Source: Macrostomum hystrix
Taxonomy: Eukaryota > Animalia > Platyhelminthes
Reading direction: 5' to 3'
Assembly: GCA_950097015.1 (NCBI GenBank)
Contig: CATNEN010000012.1
Location: 3,596,001 to 3,660,000, forward strand
Length of the DNA stretch: 64,000 bases
Of the stretch, positions 12,111 to 23,224 are shown piece by piece (within the stretch, counting starts at the first letter, position 1; the number at the start of each line of letters is the position of its first letter). Below the pieces are notes generated by a model. That model worked only from the letters and a program-made list of their open reading frames with translations, ran no database searches and had not been told where the DNA came from. The position numbers and the translations under genes are program-made.

Positions 12111-15100
12111 ATGAGCGATCGACGCGAGAAGCTCGGCAAAATCATCTCACTCATTGAGGACGTTATTGGCACTTACGATAATAGTGAGTCGTTTTTGGTC
12201 ACTGCGCGCATTTTTGTGTTTTGCAGTCCGCGGGGATTAGGCAAACAGCTTAGCTAAGTAAACTGCTTTGAATTAAACAGTGTGATTGTAAAATTAAAAC
12301 GGCAATAAAACCGCACATTTCAGCTATCTCGGTAGGCATGGGCGCAGGGCAGACCAAGTCTACTGCAGCGGCAGGCGACGGTGCCATCGCCGACAACCGT
12401 AGACCCCAGGCATCTACTAAAGCCATCGCCGATGACAATGCGGAAAATGTTGAAGTCGGTTTGAGTGTACCCGGCGCTATAAACAGCGGATCACGTTCGC
12501 CGCTCGAGCCCTTCAACAAGACATTCTCTAATAGGAAGGCCCACAATCAGCAGCAGGCTGTCAAATCGGAAGATTCGGTCCCGCCTACACCGCCAAAGCG
12601 AGCAAAACCTTCTGGGCCTTCTACAACTAGGCGCAGTCATCCCACCGCGTCGACCAAGTCGAAGCGTGAACAGGGCGAACGCGAGATGGCAAAGTTTTTG
12701 CGCGAAATGGCGGAAGTGGAGCGCTTTGTACTTGTAATTGAGGAGCAAGGCAGGAAATCGACAGAAGGACTAACTGGCACCGGGGAGAGAGAGGCGGCGG
12801 CTGCGGTCTCGACGAGTAGGAGACACAGTGCTCCAGAGGCTCATATGTGAGTTTAGTTTTATAATGCAGCGATTAGCTTACAATTGCACCGTTTTCAATT
12901 TAGTATGTTGGACTAGCAACTTTGCCCCCAATATTTGTTCATTTGGATAAGTTAAAATACTACATACCTGGCAACTATAACTTACTTTCTGCAACTCTGA
13001 AGTGTCCAGGGAGGCAAAATATAAAAAAATGGACCTATGAAATTTAAAGTTCACAGTGCTCCTAGGTAAAATGCTTTAAAGCATTCTCAAATCCGTCACG
13101 TGACTATTAAGGTCTTCAGACTGATAAAAAAATGACAATAATAACTGCAAGAGGGCTGTGGGCAACGGCACATTTGGTGACACTAGACCCGCAGCCAGCG
13201 AGGAGGCAATTCTGCGCATTTCGCTGACTCCTGTGCGCACACGCACACGGATATCGTACGCCGGCCCACGCTCACACAGGTGTGTACATCTGCCCAGACG
13301 TTCTCATCGTCCTGTAGGTTGGCCCTAAAGGGCGTAAATTGCACGACAAGCCCTCCAAGCCTTCTCTTCGCGGCTGCGCCCCAAATGAATGTGGCCTCGC
13401 CGTGGAATCGAGCTCAGGGACCTTGGTGCGAAAGGCAAACGCGTTAGACCGCTCTGCCACTCACCCCTTCATCGATAGTATAGATTCTAGATAGAAATTA
13501 CTTATAGCTCTTTTGTGTTCAGCCAGTGGCACAGCCGCAGCCATTGTGCGGCGCTTCCAAAGGCTGTGTACATGCTGGGCTACAAGCTCCCCATCATCTT
13601 CAACCTTCAGTTGACCTTTAGGCGAATTCCCTATCGAGATTTCATCACATATTTTTACTTTTAATTCAGAATGAAGCCAACAGAAGCGGCAGACGACACA
13701 ATGGCGTCGACAGTTAAGAAGGCCGCAGGTGACAATCACTGCCAACCATCAGCAGCCGAAGAGTCGACCAAGCCCAAGGCGGAGAAGGCGGTAACCTTCG
13801 CCACGGCCGGCAGCGGCCGCAAGCGCCACCTTGTTCTAGCGGACAATCCACGAGCAGATTTCAATGTCGACCTCGACATTGACGTCACCGACGATGAAGA
13901 TAACAACATAGAAGATCAGGAAAGCGAGGCGGAGGATAACCCGGCGTCCACCTCCATGTCTGGCGTCGGCTGCGCGCCACTGCGCGGCGGCTGGAAGGCC
14001 ACCGTCAAACGATTGAAACGGCCGTTTGCTCGTCTGAGCCGATTTCGTCAGACAGCCGCCACAATTGAAGATCCCGACGACCCCGTGGCGGACTCTGGAC
14101 CAGTGGTGCTGACTTCGCGAAGGCCGAGGCGCAGCACGGCCATTTTTCGTCTGTCTCGTAAGCCACAAAAGGCTCCACAGCCAATTGCCAAGGTGAGCGA
14201 ATCGGTAGTCATGTTTTAACCAGGAAATTCACTCACCGTGCTCAGATCAGAATCTCAAAAGGTCTCTAGGGAATCTCATCCTACTTAAGAGAGAATCTCA
14301 CCCTACTCTCTAAGGAATCTCATCTCACTTTATAGAGAATCTCACCCCACTATCTAAGGAATCTCATCCTACTTTAAAGAGAATCTCACCCCACTCTCTA
14401 AGGAATCTCGTGCTACTTTAGAGAGAATCTCACCCCACTCTCTAAGGAATCTCATCCTACTTTAGAGAGAATCTCACCCCACTCTCTAAGGAATCTCGTG
14501 CTACTTTAGAGAGAATCTCACCCCACTCTCTAAGGAATCTCATCCTACTTTCGAGAGAATCTCATCCTACTTTAGAGAGAATCTCACCCCACTCTCTAGG
14601 GAATCTCTCTTACTCTATTTCAGCCGCAGCCTGAAGTCCAGCAGTCACAAAAGCGTCGCCGTCAGCCAAAGCCTCCCGCTAGCGAAGAGGCCCCAGCACC
14701 CGACGGCGACATTGACTCCGTGCTGGCCGGCCTGCCAGAGTTCGCTACAGATTCGTTTCGTGTCCTCACAGGCCGCATGCTGCCGCCGCCGCCGCCCCAA
14801 CCGCTGCCGCAGCCCTCGGAGTCCTTCGAATCATTGGCGGCTGTGCCTGAGCAACAGCCGGCACTGCCGCAGCCGCCAATGCCGCAGTCAATCCAGGTGA
14901 CTAGCAGCGGCCTGGATCCCAACCAGATTGCTCAACTGAGGCAACTGTGCGAATTGCACTCGGACAAGTGCGCCTATCAGGCCAGGTTCCAGTTTAATCC
15001 GGACTGTCACACTACTCACGTGGTCATTAGAGAGTCCTCGGTGGCCAGGGTTGGCGAGAGGACGTTAAAGTACTTCCAGGTATGGAATTTTTTAATCATT

Positions 15101-15804
15101 TCGCTAACTAGCAGTGGATCCTAAGGAATCAAGTTAAAAGCAGCAGTTCCTATAATATCTGACAGCTCTCGCTAAAAGTGCATAAAAAGCATTTCTACAA
15201 AAACATTTTTCCACTCAATCTTAAACGGGTTTCCCGCCCTTTCTCCCCCTCTCCGCAGGCGCTGGTGTCTGGCGCGTGGCTGCTGAGCTTCGACTGGGTG
15301 TCGGAGTCGCTGGCCTCTGGCTCGCTGCAACCGGAGTCCAACTACGAGATCCAGGGCGACCTGTCGTGCGGCGTGAACCACATGGGGCCGGCCAGAAGCC
15401 GCCGAGGTCGCGCTCGCTGTCCCGGGCCGTCGCGTCTGTTGGAGCAGTTCAGCATCGCCCCAGTCGGCGAGTTCATCAACATGCCGACATTCGCACTGCA
15501 GACTCTGGTGCAGCAGTGCGGCGGTCAGTTCGTGGCAGAGCCGGAGCTGCTACCTCGGCGACAGCCCGCCGGCCGACTCAGCGTGGCCGTAGCCGATCAG
15601 GACGACGCCAGGTTCAGCGAGCCCCGCTGCCGCCACCTCGCGGCCTCCGGCGACATCGTCGTGCTGAACCGCGACTGGCTGCTGGACTCCATCAGCAAGT
15701 TCCGAGTGCAGCAGCTCGACAGCGCTGAGTACTGCATCGCTCCCGACTGCTCCGTTGTAGAGCGACTAGTCCTGGCTCAGCTGGGCTCGCTTTCGGCAGA
15801 CTAA
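12111..15804 (+). CDS. BRCA1: BRCA1-like protein, copy B (about 706 aa; tandem BRCT; no RING found)
   Basis: Exons 12111-12183, 12324-12846, 13670-14192, 14624-15079, 15259-15804; GT-AG sites, phases 1,2,0,0 give one 2121-nt frame; same BRCT motifs as copy A. Confidence 0.88.
13140..13467 (-). mobile_element. tRNA-derived SINE in BRCA1-B intron 2
   Basis: Minus-strand head GGGGTGAG-TGGCAGAGCGG (A box, 13449-13459) and GAGCTCGATTCC (B-box-like, 13404-13415), followed by a GC-rich body; no full cloverleaf. 3' end approximate; no TSD seen. Confidence 0.65.
14255..14610. repeat. 44-bp dimeric (22+22) intronic minisatellite
   Basis: gagagaatctcaccccactctc alternating with taaggaatctcatcctacttta. 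Confidence 0.93.
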
Positions 15805-15944
15805 ATTCACTGACGATTCTGTGCGAATTGATTTTTGCGAGTAATTTATTTTCTGAGCTGCTTTTTATTTGCCTGTTATTATATGTATGCTGTAGTGTTT
15901 AATATTGAAAGCACTGGATTGGCTTCAGTGGGGTAGACAATTCG

Positions 15945-16450
15945 AGGTGGTTGGTGCAGCGTTGTAGAGAATTTGTGGTGGATGGTGTGCAGCTTGGTAG
16001 AGAATTTGAAGTGGTTGTTGCAGCGGGGGTAGGGAATTTTGGGTAGTTGGTTTAGCGGGGGTATGGAATTTGAGTTGGTTGTTTCAGCGGGGGTAGGGAA
16101 TTTGAGGTGGTTGTTTCAGCGGGGGTAGAGAATTTGAGGTGGTTGTTTCAGCGGGGGTAGGGAATTTGAGGTGGTTGTTTCAGCGGGGGTAGGGAATTTG
16201 AGGTGGTTGTTGCAGCATAGTAGGGAATTTGAGGTGGTTGTTGCAGCATAGTAGGGAATTTGAGGTGGTTGTTTCAGTGGGGGTTGGGAATTTGAGGTGG
16301 TTGTTGCATATAGTAGGGAATTTGAGGTGGTTGTTTCAGCGGGGGTAGGGAATTTTGGGTTGTTGGTTTAGCGGGGGTATGGAATTTGAGGTGGTTGGTT
16401 CAGCGGGGTAGGGAATTTGAGGTGGTTGGTGCAGCGGGGTAGGGAATGTG
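15945..16450. repeat. 32-bp G-rich minisatellite (gcgggggtagggaatttgaggtggttgtttca)
   Basis: About 15 units just downstream of BRCA1-B. Confidence 0.92.
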
Positions 16451-17464
16451 AGTTGGTTAGTGCAACATAGTAGAGGATGTAAACTACTTCTACATAGTAG
16501 AGGAAGTAGCTGGAAGTATCCTTCCCAGTGTTTTGAGTCTCATTTGTCACATTAAATTGCTATAGGAGTCACTGACTTTACAGGATATGTCTCCGCCGTC
16601 TCCAATCAGCAGCTAAAAATATTTCGAACTGTTTGCTCAACTCATTTGCTATAGTGTTGCCACCGTATTATTATCTGTTTTCCTAATCGAAAGTTGCACA
16701 GTTTTAGCACAATTCTTTTATATTTAGTTGTCACCTGTCTCTTGCAAGACATCACCTGCTATTGTTTGATACCTTAGTAAATTAGTTCGTACTGAAAGAC
16801 ATTCTGGCAACATGCACTCCCACTTTTTATGTTGCTATTTCTCTACATGTCGATTTTGCTGCAATTTCCAGCGATTTGTTCATATTCCTACTAATAAGTA
16901 GCGAGATTGGACTTTGTTAATATTTTTCCGACTTTCTTTTTATCAATAAGCCCACGAGTGGTAACTATGCATCATAGAGTTGTCAATCTTGTCAATGGTG
17001 CTATTTATTGCTAATGATTTCCCACCTGTTTTGAAGTCTACTTTTATTTGAGCCAATAGTGTAAGTGCATTTTTGGTTTATTTTATTTAATCTTAAACTG
17101 TATCTGGCTCATTTATTCTGCGCATATTTTAGTTAATTCTAACTGACTGCTAATTGGTCGTTCGGCAATGAAAATTTTTGTTCGCCAAAACGTGTTTTTC
17201 GCCCAAACGCCTGCTATTATTATCGGAGTTAATAATTTCTCTATTTTGCATATTATCTGTATATTATTGCAACAATGATATGCGTACCAGTAAAGCTATA
17301 ACCAATTAGTCAATAAAATATATCATTGCAAGAATTTCCGTGCAATATAAGTCAGTCAATTAAAATATTTTAGTGGCTACCGAAGAGTCTACCATTGCTT
17401 GTCATTGATTTTCTATTTATCTGAAAACCACAGTAAAGAAATTGCACTTTTTGGGATGCTTGTC

Positions 17465-18235
17465 TTGACTCCTTGCTTCGATTCTGGCTTCGACTCCTTG
17501 CTGCGATTCTGGCTTCGACTCCTTGCTGCGATTCTGGCCTCGACTCCTTGCTGCGATTCTGGCCTCGACTCCTTGCTGCGATTCTGGCCTTGACTCCTTG
17601 CTGCGATTCTGGCCTCAACTCCTTGCTGCGATTCTGGCCTCGACTCCTTGCTGCGATTCTGGCCTTGACTCCTTGCTTCGATTCTGGCCTCGACTCCTTT
17701 CTGCGATTCTGGCCTCGACTCCTTGCTGCGATTCTGGCCTCGACTCCTTGCTGCGATTCTGGCCTTGACTCCTTGCTTCGATTCTGGCCTCGACTCCTTT
17801 CTGCGATTCTGGCCTCGACTCCTTGCTGCGATTCTGGCCTTGTCTCCTTTCTACGATTCTGGCCTCGACTCCTTGCTGCGATTCTGGCCTCGACTCCTTG
17901 CTTCGATTCTGGCTTCGAATCCTTGCTGCGATTCTGACCTCGACTCCTTGCTGCGATTCTTGCCTCGACTCCTTGCTGCGATTCTGGCCACGACTCCTTG
18001 CTGCGATTCTGGCCTCGACTCCTTGCTGCGATTCTGGCCTTGTCTCCTTTCTACGATTCTGGCCTCGACTCCTTGCTTCGATTCTGGCCTCGACTCCTTT
18101 CTACGATTCTGGCCTCGACTCCTTGCTTCGATTCTGGCCTTGTCTCCTTTCTGCGATTCTGACCTCGACTCCTTGCTGCGATTCTGGCCTCGACTCCTTG
18201 CTGCGATTCTGGCCTCGACTCCTTTCTGCGATTCC
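17465..18235. repeat. 25-bp minisatellite (cgactccttgctgcgattctggcct)
   Basis: About 30 units. Confidence 0.95.
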
Positions 18236-18600
18236 AGCTACCATTCCTGCTATTATTCTAGATTCTAGCTACCATTCCTGCTACTGTTCTAGATTCTAGC
18301 TACCATTCCTGCTACTGTTCTAGATTCTAGCTACCATTCCTGCTACTGTTCTAGATTCTAGCTACCATTCCTGCTACTATTCTAGATTCTAGCTACCATT
18401 CCTGCTACTATTCTAGATTCTAGCTACCATTCCTGCTACTATTCTAGATTCTAGCTACCATTCCTGCTACTATTCTAGATTCTAGCTACCATTACTGCTA
18501 CCATTCTAGATTCTAGCTACCATTCCTGCTACTATTCTAGATTCTAGCTACCATTCCTGCTACTATTCTAGATTCTAGCTATCATTCCTGCTTCGATTCT
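18236..18600. repeat. 31-bp minisatellite (agctaccattcctgctactattctagattct)
   Basis: Period 31 (18361, 18392, 18423); abuts the 25-mer array. Confidence 0.95.
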
Positions 18601-19439
18601 GTGTATAATTGTCTACCTCTACATTTTTTCCTGTATATTGGAAGGGTGCAGTGTCACTGAAAATCAGCGGATCTAGGATCGTATATGGTGCAGGTAAGAT
18701 TGAACTGTCGCTATGTTCTAAAAATGCGCCGCAGAACTTTAGGAGGCTAGCTGCCAGTCCAAGTTCCATTTTGTTCAGTTTCTTTCTCTCCCTTCAGTGC
18801 CAAGACAGCATAATCTTTATCCTATATCCATTCGCTATAGTGTATTGCCGAGTGACAGTGTGTTGCTATGCGCTCGCAACCAGAATAACCCCCCTACGGT
18901 CCATCCCGAATCCCCAGTGTTGCTGCACTCCTGCTGGAGTCAGAAATTTTATACTGCGCTCGCTCCCCTTTTCTTGACCCGGATGGCCAGGTCCCAGTTC
19001 CCAATGCTATACTTTTCTCCCCTATCCTTCTATCCTTATCCCTGACGATTCTACGTGTATAGGTCAGGGAGAAAGGGAAGAAATTGGTGTGTGCGCGCGT
19101 GGGCACTGAACTTGCGCTTGCGCGAAGAAGCTGACGTCCGTACAGACGTATAACTGCATCAGTGTGCTCCTCATGTGACAACTCATTCCATTTATACGAG
19201 GAAAGAATTGCCGGCCAATTCTGGTCCCTTGAAGAATTCCCTTGAAACCAGACGGGGACCCAGTGGGAATTGGGGGATGAAAGGGGAGAGAGGACACCGG
19301 AAATTAAGGCGTGATTTTCAAATATGGAATTTCGCGATTCTATGAAACGTTCCTTCACTCATAGTTCCGGTATTAGGCTATCTCGAGAATCCATCGGACA
19401 GGAAATCCCTTGTTTGAGTATATGTAATGTCTTGCTTAG

Positions 19440-20280
19440 GGGGAAACGGGGAATTCCGAGGATAAGGAATTCCTTGTTTTTACAATCCTCAATAAGAAGA
19501 ATTCCCAGTATTTGAGAAAATCCCGCGATTTCCGAGGACGGTAAGTTCCTTCCTTATGGAATCCTGAGTATAGGAATTCCTTTGTTGGGGAATTGCCAGG
19601 ATATGAAACCCTTGCTTGGGGAATTCCGAGGATAGGAAACCCCATGTGTAGGCAATTATGAGGATAGGAAACCCCATGTGTAGAATCTGTCCTTTTGCAC
19701 CAGCTTGCGCAGGAGAGACGTATATGCTATTATGAGGATAGGAAACCCCATGTGTAGGCAATTCCGAGCATAATGAATCCCCATTTTAGGGAATTCCGAG
19801 GATAGGAAACCCTATGTGTAGGCAATTCCGAGCATAATGAATCCCCATTTTAGGGAATTCCGAGGATAGGAAACCCCATGTGTAGGCAATTCCGAGCATA
19901 ATGAATCCCCATTTTAGGGAATTCCGAGGATAGGAAACCCCATGTGTAGGCAATTCCGAGCATAATGAATCCCCATTTTAGGGAATTCCGAGGATAGGAA
20001 ACCCTATGTGTAGGGAATTCCGAGGATAGGAAACCCCATGTGTAGGGAATTCTGAGGATAGGAAACCCTATGTGTAGGCAATTCCGAGGATAGGAAACCC
20101 TTTGTTTGGGGAATTCCGAAAATAAGAAAATCCCTCATTTGGGGAATTCCGAAGATAAGAAAACCCCTTGTTTGGGGAATTCCGAAGATAAGAAAACCCC
20201 TTGTTTGGGGAATTCCGAAGATAAGAAAACCCCTTGTTTAGGGAATTCCGAGGAAAATAAATCCCTTGTTTATGGAATTA
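19440..20280. repeat. About 32-bp minisatellite (gggaattccgaggataggaaaccccatgtgta) with dimeric higher-order unit
   Basis: Repeated gggaattccga core with two alternating variants at 19740-19990. Confidence 0.9.
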
Positions 20281-20789
20281 ACAAGGGATTTATTTTAATA
20301 TGCATATCCTTATCTTTATCTTAATATCCTTATAATATGTACGAATGCACATAATTTCAATTACTATAGAAATCACGACTATTGTTAGAGGAAACATGGC
20401 CATAGAAGCGGCAGTCTTTGAAACACTGTGGAAGAAGGTCGAAGGCAGAATTGCTTTCTTCGCTTCATTAATTCAGTTTCGTCTTCTTCACGGCGGTCCC
20501 CTGAAACCTCCGCCCCCTCGCAGTCTACTGGCACTGATTTATCTCTAGCGACTATCTATAAGCACTCTCTTCTACCCCTGACTTCTATCTGTACTCATTT
20601 CCTTATTAAGAAAATTTATTGCATTTGCCGTATTTTAAGCTTCAAAAAAGGCATACTAACGTTTGTAGAGTTATAGTAAACCTCCAATGTAATGAGTTTT
20701 TTTTCTTTTATAGTCAGGACACGGTCGAATTTCAACATTGTGAACTACAAGACTGCATAAAATTTCAAGGGCTTTGGGTCGAAATTGGG

Positions 20790-21820
20790 TCGGCATCGAG
20801 TTTATGGGATTCAGCATCGAATTTATGGGATTCAGCATCGAGTTTATGGGATCCAGCATCGAGTTTATGGGATTCAGCATCGAGTTTATGGGATCCAGCA
20901 TCGAGTTTATGGGATCCAGCATCGAGTCTATTGGATTCGGCATCGAGTTTATGGGATTCGGCATCGAGTTTATGGGATTCGGCATCGAGTTTATTGGATT
21001 CCGCATCGAGTTTATGGGATTCAGCATCGAGTTTATGGGATTCGGCATCGAGTTTATGGGATTCGGCATCGAGTTTATTGGATTCGGCATCGAGTTTATG
21101 GAATTCGGCATCGAGTTTATGGGATTCGGCATCGAGTTTATGGGATTCGGCATCGAGTTTATGGGATCCAGCATCGAGTTTATGGGATCCAGCATCGAGT
21201 TTATGGGATCCAGCATCGAGTTTATGGGATCCAGCATCGAGTTTATGGGATCCAGCATCGAGTTTATGGGATCCAGCATCGAGTTTATGGGATCCAGCAT
21301 CGAGTTTATGGGATTCAGCATCGAGTTTATGGGATCCAGCATCGAGTTTATGGGATTCAGCATCGAGTTTATGGGATCCAGCATCGAGTTTATGGGATTC
21401 AGCATCGAGTTTATGGGATCCAGCATCGAGTTTATGGGATCCAGCATCGAGTCTATTGGATTCGGCATCGAGTTTATGGGATTCGGCATCGAGTTTATGG
21501 GATTCGGCATCGAGTTTATGGGATTCGGCATCGAGTTTATTGGATTCCGCATCGAGTTTATGGGATTCGGCATCGAGTTTATGGGATTCGGCATCGAGTT
21601 TATGAGATTCAGCATCGAGTTTATGGGATTCGGCATCGAGTTTATGGGATTCAGCATCGAGTTTATTGGATTCGGCATCGAGTTTATGGGATCCAGCATC
21701 GAGTTTATGGGATCCAGCATCGAGTTTATGGGATTCAGCATCGAGTTTATGGGATCCAGCATCGAGTCTATGGGATTCGGCATCGAGTTTATGAGATTCA
21801 GCATCGAGTTTATGGGATTT
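20790..21820. repeat. 21-bp minisatellite (atcgagtttatgggattcggc)
   Basis: About 49 units; produces spurious ORFs on both strands. Confidence 0.96.
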
Positions 21821-23224
21821 GGAGCTCATTGCATACCTAATGTTGCAGCTCGTAGCGGGACTTTATGTAACTAGGAGAAGCTTTTAACCTTTCATTTCAT
21901 TACAGGAAACGCAGGACTAATGCTAAGCATTAGATTAGCATTTTATAGTGACAAGTTTATGTATATCTCCACGCCCGTGTCCCGATCGTGTGATTAAATT
22001 GTGAGGCCTGGGATCGGCTGTGCTCAACTGGCCAGGGTGTTCGCTGGCGGAGGCAGAAAATCCTTTGAACTCCACTATAAAGTACATTTCCACTTAGCCT
22101 CAGTCATTACGAGCAGTGCTATGTAGCTCGGGTGAGCATTAATATAAATTATTATGATGTGCCATCTAGAGTTACAATTACATTGCTGCAAGCTATGAAA
22201 AGAAGCAACAAGATCAATTGTCAAATTAATCGAAATGTTTGCACATTCCTTAGATATACGCGCAGCTAGCATAAAAATATACTTTCATTACATTTTTGCT
22301 GTCCTTTTGCACCAGTTTGCGCATACGAGGAGAGACGTGTATGCTAACCTAATCATTCGTTGTCGCGTTGGTCAAGAGCTACGAGTAAGGAAGGGCCAGG
22401 AGAGGCCTAAATTACGGTCAGACAGACTCATTTAGAAAGCGTCACGAGCCTGAGCTCACAGTCGACTATCCGACTAATTTGTACATTAAACTGTTGAGCC
22501 CGACTGTGCCCTCGATTCCACCCAATTATAATCAGTCCACCCACATGTGCTCATGTCTGGCTAGAAAAGATATGCAGGCCATACGTCTGCTTATTTATAC
22601 ATATACTAAGCTCGCCGCGTGGCCAGACTGAGGAGGGTGGGTGGGTGGTTCATGTCTGATGCCGTAAGGCTAGCGCCCTAGAGCGTACGATGGATGGGCA
22701 GTTGGCAGTTGTACTTGATTGGCAGACCCCTTCCTGCGCGCTTGCTATTTAGCCAGCGGCTGCTTTGAAAAACAGTTTGTACATCTTGACTCTCTTACTA
22801 AAAATAGCCTACCCGAGCGTAAGCGGAGTGGGGTGGGCTTTCTCAGCCGCCTGGTTGGCTGGCCCAAACGGCCGATCCTTCCTTTCCTTCACTTTATAGA
22901 TAAGGGCTTATAACCAGCCCGTGCTAGCGTTAAGTCTAAGCCCCAACCCCCTCTATCGTCCTTACCTTAACTTTTGGCCGAGAACGGGAACCGCGCAAGG
23001 ACCAGCCAAATAATTAACAATTCGTACGCTCACGTTAGACATTTTTTCCGACGCTCAAATTAAAAAAAAGAGAAAAGTACACACTTTCTCACTGCGCAAG
23101 GTTTGTGGTGTGTACACACTGGATTACAAAAGATATTGTATATCCGTTTGATTGCGCCAAAACAGGCAAACATATTGCACTTACTTTGAATTCAAGCCAA
23201 GAAGCATCAATAAGAAACCCCATT

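Noticed and set aside
16560-17100. Protein-like minus-strand stretches
   Set aside because: Frequent stops, no recognisable family, no consistent exon chain.
19035-19080. CTGACGA...GAAA hammerhead-like core in a ccctgac/gtcaggg hairpin
   Set aside because: Stem II lacks the conserved G-C pair, and no stems I/III or cleavage triplet can be built.
18660-20790. Isolated good splice sites (CAG|GTAAGA near 18692; acceptors near 18796 and 20712)
   Set aside because: Could not be joined into a stop-free coding frame; possibly non-coding exons but unsupported.
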